64,000 nucleotides of DNA from an uncultured Clostridia bacterium. Lineage in GTDB: Bacteria > Bacillota > Clostridia > Christensenellales > UBA1242. The notes below the pieces were generated by a model. It was not told the origin of the DNA, ran no database searches, and saw only the letters and a program-made list of their open reading frames with translations. The first letter of the stretch is position 1, and every line of letters starts with the position of its first letter. This document shows, piece by piece, positions 1 through 8,039 of the stretch. The stretch covers positions 1,575 through 65,574 of the forward strand of contig CALVWC010000001.1 in the NCBI GenBank assembly GCA_944364445.1, read 5' to 3'. The translations under genes and the position numbers were made by a program.

Positions 1-729
1 TTTTTCCCATGGTCTTTCTCTTAAATCCAAGCCGTTTTTAATTTTCTGTGCATCACTATAACTAAAGCCAATCTTACTTACTTCTTTAATACGAGTAAAC
101 ACATATTTTTCAATATTCTTTTTAACATCCTTTAAAGAAATATTACCAACAATTGTAATTACTAAATTGTTTAACCCAAAATAGTCATCAACAAATTTAC
201 AAACATCTTGAAATGTAAGTTTTTCCACGCTTTCTTTTGACCCAATTGTGCCTTCCTGTAATAAATTTTTATATTCTGGCTCCACACGTATATATGAAGT
301 TGAAAGCCAACTTGACTGATTTGCATTTTTATTCTTTAATCTTGTCGCCACCTCTTGCAAAACAATTTTCTTTTCCTCTTCAAACTCCTCTGGTTTAACA
401 AATCCTGTGAAGCAAGCCGTCATTTCTTCCAAACATTCTTCAAATTGTGATTTGTTGCAAATTGTGTCAAACGCTAGAAGAGTGTTATTTGTTTTTGCAT
501 TTTTATAATAATATTTTTGTATAAGATTGTCAGTTAAAAACTTCCTGTCATAAATTTTGTTGGATAAAGAACACAAACAATGCTCAGTTAAATGTGCAAG
601 TCCTTGTTTCCCTTTTGGGTCATTGAGCGAGCCTGCTCTAAAATAAAAATCAACAGCCACACCCTCAATTTCTTTATCGCGTTCATAGATAAGTTTCATT
701 CCATTTTCATATCTAATAACTTTCGTCAT
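1..729 (-). CDS. M16 family zinc metallopeptidase, N-terminal 243 codons (C-terminal part lies beyond the window start)
   Basis: ATG at 729-727 preceded by AAGGAGA. The frame stays open to position 1. The translation GSLNDPKGKQGLAHLTEH contains the HxxEH inverted-zincin motif. This ORF is not in the supplied track because it runs off the edge. Confidence 0.8.
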   Translation of the reverse strand, partial: MTKVIRYENGMKLIYERDKEIEGVAVDFYFRAGSLNDPKGKQGLAHLTEHCLCSLSNKIYDRKFLTDNLIQKYYYKNAKTNNTLLAFDTICNKSQFEECLEEMTACFTGFVKPEEFEEEKKIVLQEVATRLKNKNANQSSWLSTSYIRVEPEYKNLLQEGTIGSKESVEKLTFQDVCKFVDDYFGLNNLVITIVGNISLKDVKKNIEKYVFTRIKEVSKIGFSYSDAQKIKNGLDLRERPWEK

Positions 730-990
730 ACTTTCTCCTTTTCTTGTGAATATATTTATTATATTCTATCTTATATCATTTGTCAATACCTCTAAATTAT
801 GAAAAATTTATCTAATTTTTATTATCTTAAATTTGAAAATTTTTATATTATAATAGCCTCAAATTTTAAGCAAGTTAAATTTGAATAAATTATTTGTATC
901 ATTCACAACAACCATTTTGCATAAATATCGGTTTCACTCAAAGGCAACCTTCTTGCCTCAATTTCCGATAAAAAAAGAGCAAAACTGCTC

Positions 991-1623
991 TTAATCCACA
1001 TTGATTTTGATAACTCTGGTTCCAACACTAGAGGTGATTGTTATCTCATAATCTCCTTTTTCTTCACTCGATAGTTCGTATAACCCAAACACCTCTTCAA
1101 ACTTTTTAACTTTAACGCCTTTGCCATAAACCTTAATATCTTCTTCTTTCATGGGTGAGATTTGAATGTTTATCAATATGCTTTTTCCAACTAGCATATT
1201 AATTTCACTTCCTATCGCTTCGCCGTTTAAATAGGTTATTTCATATTCATAGTCTTCGGCAACCTCATCACTGCTGTTAACTCCTCCGCCAACCGTCACT
1301 GTCGCAGTTGCCTCGCTTATCTCGTTTCCATAAACCGCAATGATTACCACATTTGTTTTACCTGCACTCCTGCCATACAAAACTCCATTCTCATCCACAA
1401 CAACTTTTTCTTCGTCGATTACGCTAAATGTGCAAGTTGCTTTTTCAATGTTAACTTTGTATGGCACCACAACTTTTGAACCAACTTCCAATTTAACATC
1501 TTCGGCTGAAACCGTCAACCTTTCCGTTCCTTTCGGCACAACTAAAACTATGCCAACGATAACTGCAATTAGCACTGGCAATATGACAAAATATTTCCAG
1601 TTTTTGAGTATAAAATCTTTCAT
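991..1623 (-). CDS. N-terminally membrane-anchored protein with a bacterial Ig-like (Big_2-type) domain
   Basis: Hydrophobic helix FVILPVLIAVIVGIVLVV at the N-terminus. A beta-rich segment (VKLEVGSK...GKTNVVIIAVYGNEISEATATVTV) is typical of Big_2 domains. GAGGAAAG RBS. Confidence 0.6.
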   Translation of the reverse strand: MKDFILKNWKYFVILPVLIAVIVGIVLVVPKGTERLTVSAEDVKLEVGSKVVVPYKVNIEKATCTFSVIDEEKVVVDENGVLYGRSAGKTNVVIIAVYGNEISEATATVTVGGGVNSSDEVAEDYEYEITYLNGEAIGSEINMLVGKSILINIQISPMKEEDIKVYGKGVKVKKFEEVFGLYELSSEEKGDYEITITSSVGTRVIKINVD

Positions 1624-1702
1624 CTTTTGTTTCTTTCCTCATAAATTATTAAATTTATTTTTAGTAGACTATTGATTTATAAAATTTTAAATTAATCTAA
1701 TT

Positions 1703-3046
1703 TTACATTCTTTTTTTATTTATCACATCCAAACAAAATTCCACGCTTTCTTCCAGCGTTTGATTTGTTGTGTCCACAACAACAGCATCCGGCATTTTTT
1801 TAATTGCACCATGCTCACGATGTATATCTTTATAATCTCTATCTCTAAGTTCTTCCAGCACTTTGTCAAAACTAACATCTTCGCCTCGTGCAAGTTGTTG
1901 ACTATATCGCCTTTTCGCTCGAACCTCCTCATCAGCAGTGATAAAAAATTTGAAGTCGGCATTTGGCAAAACTTCGCTTCCAATGTCACGCCCTTCCATA
2001 ACTGTGTTGTTATTGAAAGCAAACTCGCGCTGAATTTTCAAAACCTTGTCACGAACAGCCATAAACGGCGAAAGTTTAGCAGAAAGCACACTGATTTCAT
2101 CACGCCTTAAGTTGTTTGTGTGGTCGACGCCGTTAACATAAACATGTTGAACATTATTCAAAAACTTAACACTCACCCAAATTTGACTAGCAAAATTTTC
2201 AACATATTTTTCATCAATTTTGCTTTCGTCATATTTAAGATATTTAAATGCGCAAGCAATACCTCGATACACCGCACCTGTGTTGAACACATGAAAATTT
2301 AGCCGTCTTGCAACCTCTTCCGCAATCGTGCTTTTGCCAGAACAAACATAGCCATCAATCGCAATTGAGGTAAATTTTTTTGTTTCCATTTTGCTTTTAA
2401 TAATTTCATAACAGTAATCAATCGTTTCATCTAATGTGATGTACGTGTTGTCAACAATTATGCTGTCTTTCACAGGTTTAAGCGGAGCAACCTCTCTGTG
2501 CGTATCGCGATAATCACGTTCTCTTAAATCTTTCAACACATCGTCAAGGCTAACCTTTTGACCTTTTGCCTTGCTTTCTTCATATCTTCTTTTTGCTCGA
2601 ACACTTTCATCAGCGGTGAGGAAAATTTTAACATCGGCATCAGGCATCACAACCGAACCTATATCACGCCCTTCCATAACGCAATCATATCGCCCAGCAA
2701 AATCTTTTGCCATGGCAAGATACTTTTCTCTAACAAATGGATAAACCGACACTTTTGAAGCAAGTTGGCTTATCTCTTCCGTTCTAAGATATGGCGACAC
2801 ATTTTCTTGATTGACAAACATATTTTGTTTATCATCGATAAACCTTAGTTCAATCGTTTTTGTTTTTAAAAGTTCTTTAAGATCATCCTCTTTAACTTCG
2901 CTTCCGTAAACCGCCTTATATGCATAGGCAATCGCACGAAAAATCGCACCCGTGTCAAGCATCTTGAAGTTAAGCCTTTCACAAAGCCCTTTTGCCAAGG
3001 TTGACTTACCAGAACCCATAAAACCATCTATTGCAACTTTGAACAT
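1703..3046 (-). CDS. cmk: Tandem-fused double cytidylate kinase (two complete Cmk-like domains in one polypeptide)
   Basis: Two P-loops (IDGFMGSGKST and IDGYVCSGKST). Each is followed by the EGRDIGS and RAKRRY segments typical of Cmk. The ATG at 3046 has an AAGAGGTG RBS, and the track start at 3052 is a GTG inside that RBS. Confidence 0.8.
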   Translation of the reverse strand: MFKVAIDGFMGSGKSTLAKGLCERLNFKMLDTGAIFRAIAYAYKAVYGSEVKEDDLKELLKTKTIELRFIDDKQNMFVNQENVSPYLRTEEISQLASKVSVYPFVREKYLAMAKDFAGRYDCVMEGRDIGSVVMPDADVKIFLTADESVRAKRRYEESKAKGQKVSLDDVLKDLRERDYRDTHREVAPLKPVKDSIIVDNTYITLDETIDYCYEIIKSKMETKKFTSIAIDGYVCSGKSTIAEEVARRLNFHVFNTGAVYRGIACAFKYLKYDESKIDEKYVENFASQIWVSVKFLNNVQHVYVNGVDHTNNLRRDEISVLSAKLSPFMAVRDKVLKIQREFAFNNNTVMEGRDIGSEVLPNADFKFFITADEEVRAKRRYSQQLARGEDVSFDKVLEELRDRDYKDIHREHGAIKKMPDAVVVDTTNQTLEESVEFCLDVINKKRM

Positions 3047-3128
3047 ATCCACCTCTTAGAATATTTTACACCATACTTAAAAATTTTCAAACCAAATTAC
3101 AAAGTTTTTTCAAGGTTTATTTGAAAAG

Positions 3129-4310
3129 TCATTTTATATCCAAAATTTTCAAAACTTTCACAATCTTTTCCACTGCTTCATCAATAATTTCTTTGGTGTG
3201 ATTCGCAGTATAACTTGTGCGAAGCAAACTTTTGCCAACAGGAGTTGCAGGAGAAACAACAGGATTAACATAAACACCATTTTCCAACAACATCTTGCAA
3301 GCAAGAAATGTTTTCTCGTCGTCATATGTGTAAATTGGAATGATTGGAGTTCTGCTTTCAATAATACTAACACCCCTTTCCTTTAAACATTTACGCATAT
3401 AGTCACTAATATCGTTTAAGCGTTTCACCCTTTCTGGCTCGCTTTTTAAAACGTTAAGAGCGGTAAGTGCAGTGCTAACCGAGGCTGGAGTTATGCTGGC
3501 ACTAAATATATATGGTCTTGATGTGTGCTTGATATATTCAATAACCTCTTTTTTCCCTGCCACATAACCGCCTAAACTTGCTAACGATTTTGAAAATGTG
3601 CCCATAATAAGATCTATCTCATCTTCCAAACCAAAATATTCGCCTGTTCCGCGACCTGTTTTGCCAATAACTCCTAAACCATGAGCGTCATCCACCATAA
3701 CGCGCGCACCATACTTTTTTGCAAGTTCCACAATTTTTGGAAGATTACAAATGTCGCCACTCATGCTGAAAACACCGTCGGTTATGATTAAAATTCCACA
3801 TTCCTTCGGCACAAATTTAAGTTTGCTTTCAAGGTCTGCCATATCATTATGATTATATCTTAACATTTTTCCATAACTCAACTTGCAACCATCATATATA
3901 CTTGCATGGTTTTCTTTGTCACAGATTATATAATCATTACGCCCAACAATCGCACTTATAACTCCAAGATTACTCTGAAAACCCGTGCTGAATGTGACCG
4001 CTTCTTCTTTATGGAGAAAGTCGGCAATTTCGCGTTCAAGTTTAACATGAAGGTCAAGAGTGCCGTTCAGAAAGCGAGAACCAGAACAGCCACTTCCATA
4101 TTTTTTTATCGCCTCAACACCCGCTTCAATCACTTTTGGATGATTTGTAAGCCCAAGATAGTTGTTGGAACCAAGCATAATTGTGCGTTTTCCTTCCATG
4201 TTAACAACAACATCTTGTCCTGATAAAAGTTTATGAAAATATGGATAAATACCTTTATCTTTCGCAATGTTGTAGTTGTGCACTCCTTCCGTTTTTTTAA
4301 ATATGTCCAT
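3129..4310 (-). CDS. PLP-dependent alpha-oxoamine synthase family protein (KBL / BioF / serine palmitoyltransferase-like)
   Basis: Motifs GSNNYLGL, DDAHGLG and the GTFSKS Lys-containing PLP site. Substrate cannot be assigned from sequence alone. Start chosen at the second ATG after the GGGGG RBS. Confidence 0.8.
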   Translation of the reverse strand: MDIFKKTEGVHNYNIAKDKGIYPYFHKLLSGQDVVVNMEGKRTIMLGSNNYLGLTNHPKVIEAGVEAIKKYGSGCSGSRFLNGTLDLHVKLEREIADFLHKEEAVTFSTGFQSNLGVISAIVGRNDYIICDKENHASIYDGCKLSYGKMLRYNHNDMADLESKLKFVPKECGILIITDGVFSMSGDICNLPKIVELAKKYGARVMVDDAHGLGVIGKTGRGTGEYFGLEDEIDLIMGTFSKSLASLGGYVAGKKEVIEYIKHTSRPYIFSASITPASVSTALTALNVLKSEPERVKRLNDISDYMRKCLKERGVSIIESRTPIIPIYTYDDEKTFLACKMLLENGVYVNPVVSPATPVGKSLLRTSYTANHTKEIIDEAVEKIVKVLKILDIK

Positions 4311-4406
4311 CATATCCCCCTTAAACAAAATATAGGAAAATTATATCATAAATAATTAAAATTTAAAAAAGATTTTTAAGAGTTTTTAAATTTTTTTTCG
4401 AGGATC

Positions 4407-4520
4407 GGCGGGCGAAAGTGTCTTTTTGTGAAGATACTTTCTCAGCAAATCCATACCAATTTTGCACAAAAAGACAGCGCGCTCCCGCGCGCCCATGCCT
4501 CGCATGGACTTTCGCCCGCC
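4407..4520. other. GC-rich multi-hairpin element (candidate structured RNA or palindromic insert); strand undetermined
   Basis: A 13-bp outer stem pairs 4407-4419 with 4508-4520. A contiguous 11-bp stem pairs 4420-4430 with 4465-4475. Two 5-bp GC hairpins follow: GCGCG/CGCGC at 4477-4490 and CCATG/CATGG at 4493-4507. The element is embedded in a very AT-rich spacer. Confidence 0.4.
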
Positions 4521-4725
4521 CCATATTCCGCTCAACAATTTTTTTAACAACAAAATTTCCATTTTTCTAATTTAATTTATATAATATTAACTCATAATTT
4601 TTAATTATAGATATATGCATACCACCACAAAATATAGAGTATTATGCAAGCCTTCAAACAAAATATAGCACAAAATCTTAAAATTATAAAAAAATTTTTT
4701 CGCTCGCCCAACCCCAATAATAAGC

Positions 4726-4753
4726 AATAAAAAAGAGGATGATTTATCCTCTT
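4726..4753 (-). terminator. Intrinsic terminator downstream of the 4802-5929 ORF
   Basis: 8-bp stem AAGAGGAT/ATCCTCTT with a 5-nt loop, followed by a U-run on the minus strand. Confidence 0.7.
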
Positions 4754-4801
4754 AATTAGTAATCAATAAATATAACCGTAAGCAATTTAAATTCTTATCA
4801 A

Positions 4802-5929
4802 TTAATTCACACAGCCATATTCCGTGAAGCGAACTGTGAATTGCACTCCGCGATAGTCTGTGGCAAAGCGTTGAACTTCTCTACCTACTTCATTAAAGCA
4901 GACAATATTGTTGTAGTTCGAGCCAAGGTCACGCGTAAAATACACATTCGTTCCGCCATAGTATTTAATCATATCTTCCACAAGGTCTGAAAATGTCATA
5001 TTCATATTCCCAATAACAGAGGTTATCTCACTTTGAGAAGAAACAAACATTCTCGCTGTCGTGCTGGCGTTTGTTCCATAAAGCGTGGAACCTGTGCCAA
5101 AGGTTTGAGTGGAAGTTGCACAATTTACAAGATATGTGGTTGATATGCCGTTTCTCATAAAATCGGTCACGCTTTGGTTAGAATACCCTTCGCCTGCGTC
5201 TATTGAACTTGAAGAATATTGCCCAACAAACACAATCTCAGCTAAGACTGCATTAGTGTCCGTGGTTGTGCCATAACCGTCCTTTTGACTTGAAGATGCG
5301 TCTAATCTCCACCTAATCGGCTCAACTTCATACCAGTTGTTATTCCACTTGCAATACTCTTTTCCGTTATACACCTTTGCCGTCAAAGTTTGCCCTGCGA
5401 TATAGTAATTCGCACCATTTGTTGTTGCTTTATTGAGGTTTGATATTAGTGTGGAGTTTGTCACCTTGGTCTGTGGTATTTTGCCATTTTCCACATACCA
5501 ATACTTGCCAGCACTATCATACTTTGCCTCATTATTCACCGTCCACTGAGCATACCAAATATCATCTGCAACAATGGTGTTTAAATTCAAATATTCGCTA
5601 TCCTGAAACATCACTGTGCCAGACCCATCAGCATTTGTTGTGAAAGAACTAAACGAATATCCTGCTCGCTCCGCTCTGACAATTAAAGCCCCCGCAGAAA
5701 CCAAGATTGTGCAATTTTCGCTGTCAAAATAACCAGCACCCGTTTTGTAATAAATTTTATCCCAAATTCCACTGCCACCATTCCAATTTAAAGTTATCTC
5801 ATAAACTCCCACTCGCCAAACGGCGTAAAGCGTCATGCTAGATGTTGGTGTTAAAAAAAATAAAATCTTTCTAATAAATGGTTTATTTAGAGGTTTTATT
5901 ATACTTAAAAATGAAAAATTCTGGTGCAA
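4802..5929 (-). CDS. Cell-surface repeat protein fragment (Listeria-Bacteroides type repeat), probably 5'-truncated
   Basis: AGYSFSSFTTNADGSGT...IWYAQW matches the GYxFxGW...LYAxW repeat. The ORF opens in the middle of a repeat (TLYAVW). It has no signal peptide and no RBS. Confidence 0.5.
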   Translation of the reverse strand: MHQNFSFLSIIKPLNKPFIRKILFFLTPTSSMTLYAVWRVGVYEITLNWNGGSGIWDKIYYKTGAGYFDSENCTILVSAGALIVRAERAGYSFSSFTTNADGSGTVMFQDSEYLNLNTIVADDIWYAQWTVNNEAKYDSAGKYWYVENGKIPQTKVTNSTLISNLNKATTNGANYYIAGQTLTAKVYNGKEYCKWNNNWYEVEPIRWRLDASSSQKDGYGTTTDTNAVLAEIVFVGQYSSSSIDAGEGYSNQSVTDFMRNGISTTYLVNCATSTQTFGTGSTLYGTNASTTARMFVSSQSEITSVIGNMNMTFSDLVEDMIKYYGGTNVYFTRDLGSNYNNIVCFNEVGREVQRFATDYRGVQFTVRFTEYGCVN

Positions 5930-5963
5930 AATAAAAATATTTTGAAAAATTTAGCGAAATCGC

Positions 5964-6136
5964 TTGCTTTTTGTTTTTTATAGTGCTATAATCATAATGT
6001 GAGGTGAAAAATTTCGTCATACGTAAGAATTATAAATAATGTGTATATATTTTTCCATTCCTTCAAAATATTACATAAATTTCTTTTTAAATTCTTAACA
6101 CCTCACAAAATCACAACTTAGCGTTGTGATTTTTTA
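5964..6136 (+). ncRNA. Orphan promoter-to-terminator unit (candidate small RNA of about 135 nt)
   Basis: TTGCTT (5964-5969), 17 nt, then TATAAT (5987-5992) preceded by TGC. A 5' GUGAGGUG (5999-6006) is complementary to CACCUCAC (6099-6106). Terminator hairpin ATCACAAC/GTTGTGAT (6110-6130) plus T5. No plus-strand gene lies downstream. Confidence 0.35.
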
Positions 6137-6450
6137 ATTTGTAAATCAAACTCTTATCAAAGACATATAATAAAAACCACTGATATATAATAAAAACCAC
6201 TTTTGAAAAGTTGATTAAATAACCATTTTTATTTATTTATATATAAACACAATATGCAGACTTGTTTCCAACAAAATTTACATATAAAATTTTAGCAAAA
6301 ATACGACTTAGGATTGTATCCACTTTTGTAGCCACTTTTTTGACCTAATTTTGACTTTTAGCCGTTTTTTGCCTCTTTTTGCAAATTTTTGTGAGAAATT
6401 AAAAAACGCCCACAAACCTTTATTTATAAGGCTTGTAGGCTTTCGAAAAC

Positions 6451-6535
6451 TGGTGGGCAGGGATGGATTCGAACCATCGAAGACATAGTCGACGGATTTA
6501 CAGTCCGTTGCATTTGGCCGCTCTGCAACCTACCC
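6451..6535 (-). tRNA. tRNA-Tyr (GTA), long variable arm, CCA encoded
   Basis: Hand-folded cloverleaf. Acceptor GGGTAGG/CCTGCCC, anticodon loop CTGTAAA, T-loop TTCGAAT. Confidence 0.9.
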
Positions 6536-6538
6536 AAG

Positions 6539-6613
6539 TGGAGCTGGCGAAAGGAATCGAACCTTCAACCTGCTGATTACAAGTCAGCTGCTCTACCATT
6601 GAGCCACGCCAGC
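6539..6613 (-). tRNA. tRNA-Thr (TGT), CCA encoded
   Basis: Hand-folded. GCTGGCG acceptor, D arm GCTC/GAGC, anticodon loop CTTGTAA, T-loop TTCGATT. Confidence 0.9.
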
Positions 6614-6699
6614 AAACAATTTTTGACAATTAATCTTAATTTATATATTTTAATTAATATATTATTATATACAACTAATTAAGACCATGAAAATTGTTT

Positions 6700-7144
6700 C
6701 TCACACAAAGACTTTCTTGCATACATAAATATGCTGGTGCCCTAAGGTGGACACGACACTACGCTCGAAATTGAACTTTTCCATTCCGCATTTTGCTTTC
6801 GCAAATTGCTTCCATTTCAAATTCAACTTCTCGCTTTTTCCCAAAAATTTTTTAAATTTTCGGGAACCCTTTCTTGTGAAAATCCCTGTGTCTACTTCAT
6901 TTCACACAAAGACTTTCTTGCATATATAAATATGCTGGTGCCCTAAGGTGGAATCGAACCACCGACACTACGCTCGAAATTGAACTTTTCCATTCCGCAT
7001 TTTGCTTTCGCAAATTGCTTCCATTTCAAATTCAACTTCTCGCTTTTTCCCAAAAATTTTTTAAATTTTCGGGAACCCTTTCTTGTGAAAATCCCTGTGT
7101 CTACTTCATTTCACACAAAGACTTTCTTGCATATATAAATATGC
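6700..7144. repeat. Tandem repeat, 2 units (201 and 209 bp) plus the flank of the true tRNA-Phe; each unit carries the 3' part of tRNA-Phe
   Basis: The units starting near 6701 and 6902 are identical by eye, apart from an 8-nt shorter, slightly diverged T-arm copy in the first unit and one C/T difference (6723 vs 6924) in the shared leader. Each unit contains TGGTGCCCTAAGGTGGAATCGAACCACCGACAC, the reverse complement of the tRNA-Phe 3' part. Each also contains an inverted TGAAAATCCCTGTGTC segment. Confidence 0.9.
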
Positions 7145-7220
7145 TGGTGCCCTAAGGTGGAATCGAACCACCGACACAGGGATTTTCAGTCCCTTGCTCT
7201 ACCGACTGAGCTATCAGGGC
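7145..7220 (-). tRNA. tRNA-Phe (GAA), CCA encoded
   Basis: Hand-folded. GCCCTGA acceptor, GCTC/GAGC D stem, anticodon loop CTGAAAA, T-loop TTCGATT. Confidence 0.9.
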
Positions 7221-7223
7221 AAA

Positions 7224-7300
7224 TGGCGACTCGGATGGGGCTCGAACCCACGACCTCTAGCGTGACAGGCTAGCGTTCTAACCAACTGAACTACCGAGCC
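7224..7300 (-). tRNA. tRNA-Asp (GTC), CCA encoded
   Basis: Hand-folded. GGCTCGG acceptor, anticodon loop CTGTCAC, T-loop TTCGAGC. Confidence 0.9.
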
Positions 7301-7371
7301 AAAACTGACATCTATTTGATTTTACCATAATTAAAAAAATATTGCAAGCAAAATGGCATATTTTTTTAATT

Positions 7372-7448
7372 TGGTGGGCCTTCACGGACTCGAACCGCGG
7401 ACCAACCGGTTATGAGCCGGTCGCTCTAACCAACTGAGCTAAAGGCCC
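7372..7448 (-). tRNA. tRNA with CAT anticodon (elongator Met, or Ile2 if lysidine-modified), CCA encoded
   Basis: Hand-folded. GGGCCTT acceptor, anticodon loop CTCATAA. It lacks the three consecutive GC pairs in the anticodon stem expected of an initiator. Confidence 0.85.
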
Positions 7449-7468
7449 AATCAAACTGCAAGCACTGC

Positions 7469-7544
7469 TGGTCGGGGTGGAGGGTCTCGAACCCCCGACC
7501 TCACGGTCCCAAACCGCGCGCTCTACCAACTGAGCCACACCCCG
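7469..7544 (-). tRNA. tRNA-Pro (TGG), CCA encoded
   Basis: Hand-folded. CGGGGTG acceptor, anticodon loop TTTGGGA, T-loop TTCGAGA. Confidence 0.9.
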
Positions 7545-7566
7545 TCTTTTCAGCGCTCGCTAGATT

Positions 7567-7595
7567 ATTTTATGATATCCAGAGAAATTTGTCAA
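7567..7595 (-). promoter_or_regulatory. Sigma-A type promoter of the tRNA operon
   Basis: On the minus strand: TTGACA (7595-7590), 17 nt, TAAAAT (7572-7567). This lies about 22 nt upstream of tRNA-Pro. Confidence 0.75.
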
Positions 7596-7672
7596 GAAAA
7601 AACGCGAAAATTTTTAAAATTTTTTTATTTTTCTCAGCATGGTGAGTTTTAACTAAGCAATTTAAATGAAAC

Positions 7673-8032
7673 CTAGAAAGCGTTTTCAACATGATTAATT
7701 TCATCACCCAAAATTTCAATAACATCAAATCGCACATTGGCATACGGCTTGTGGTTGTAAATGAGATACATTTCCGCCACCCGTCTAATTTTCTGTTGCT
7801 TTCGAAAATCCACCGCCTCAATAGGTCTGCCGAAACTAAGCGTGGAACGCCTTTTAACTTCCACAAACACGATATTACCTCTATCCATAGCAATTAAGTC
7901 GATTTCGCCCAATTTGTTTCGATAGTTAGTGGCAAGAATTTTATACCCCTTCTTCTTAAGAAAGTTAGCCGTTTCAATCTCGCCAATATCACCTTCAATC
8001 TTATTCCTTTCTTTCATAACTTTCCTTATCAA
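7673..8032 (-). CDS. yraN: YraN family (UPF0102) endonuclease-like protein
   Basis: GEIDLIA...VFVEVKRR core typical of UPF0102. Size is 119 aa. Confidence 0.8.
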   Translation of the reverse strand: MIRKVMKERNKIEGDIGEIETANFLKKKGYKILATNYRNKLGEIDLIAMDRGNIVFVEVKRRSTLSFGRPIEAVDFRKQQKIRRVAEMYLIYNHKPYANVRFDVIEILGDEINHVENAF

Positions 8033-8039
8033 AATTTAA

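Noticed and set aside
6165-6201. 17-nt direct repeat ATATAATAAAAACCACT, two copies with a 20-nt period
   Set aside because: It is too short and AT-rich to distinguish from chance or replication slippage. It has no associated structure or gene.
6747-6929. 60-aa ORF in the tRNA-Phe repeat
   Set aside because: It lies within the tandem repeat unit between tRNA genes, starts with a non-ATG codon and has no RBS. The same sequence in the next unit is not kept as an ORF in the track.
7570-7893. 107-aa ORF overlapping yraN and the tRNA operon promoter
   Set aside because: It is an alternative frame of yraN that runs across the TTGACA/TAAAAT promoter. It has no coding signals.
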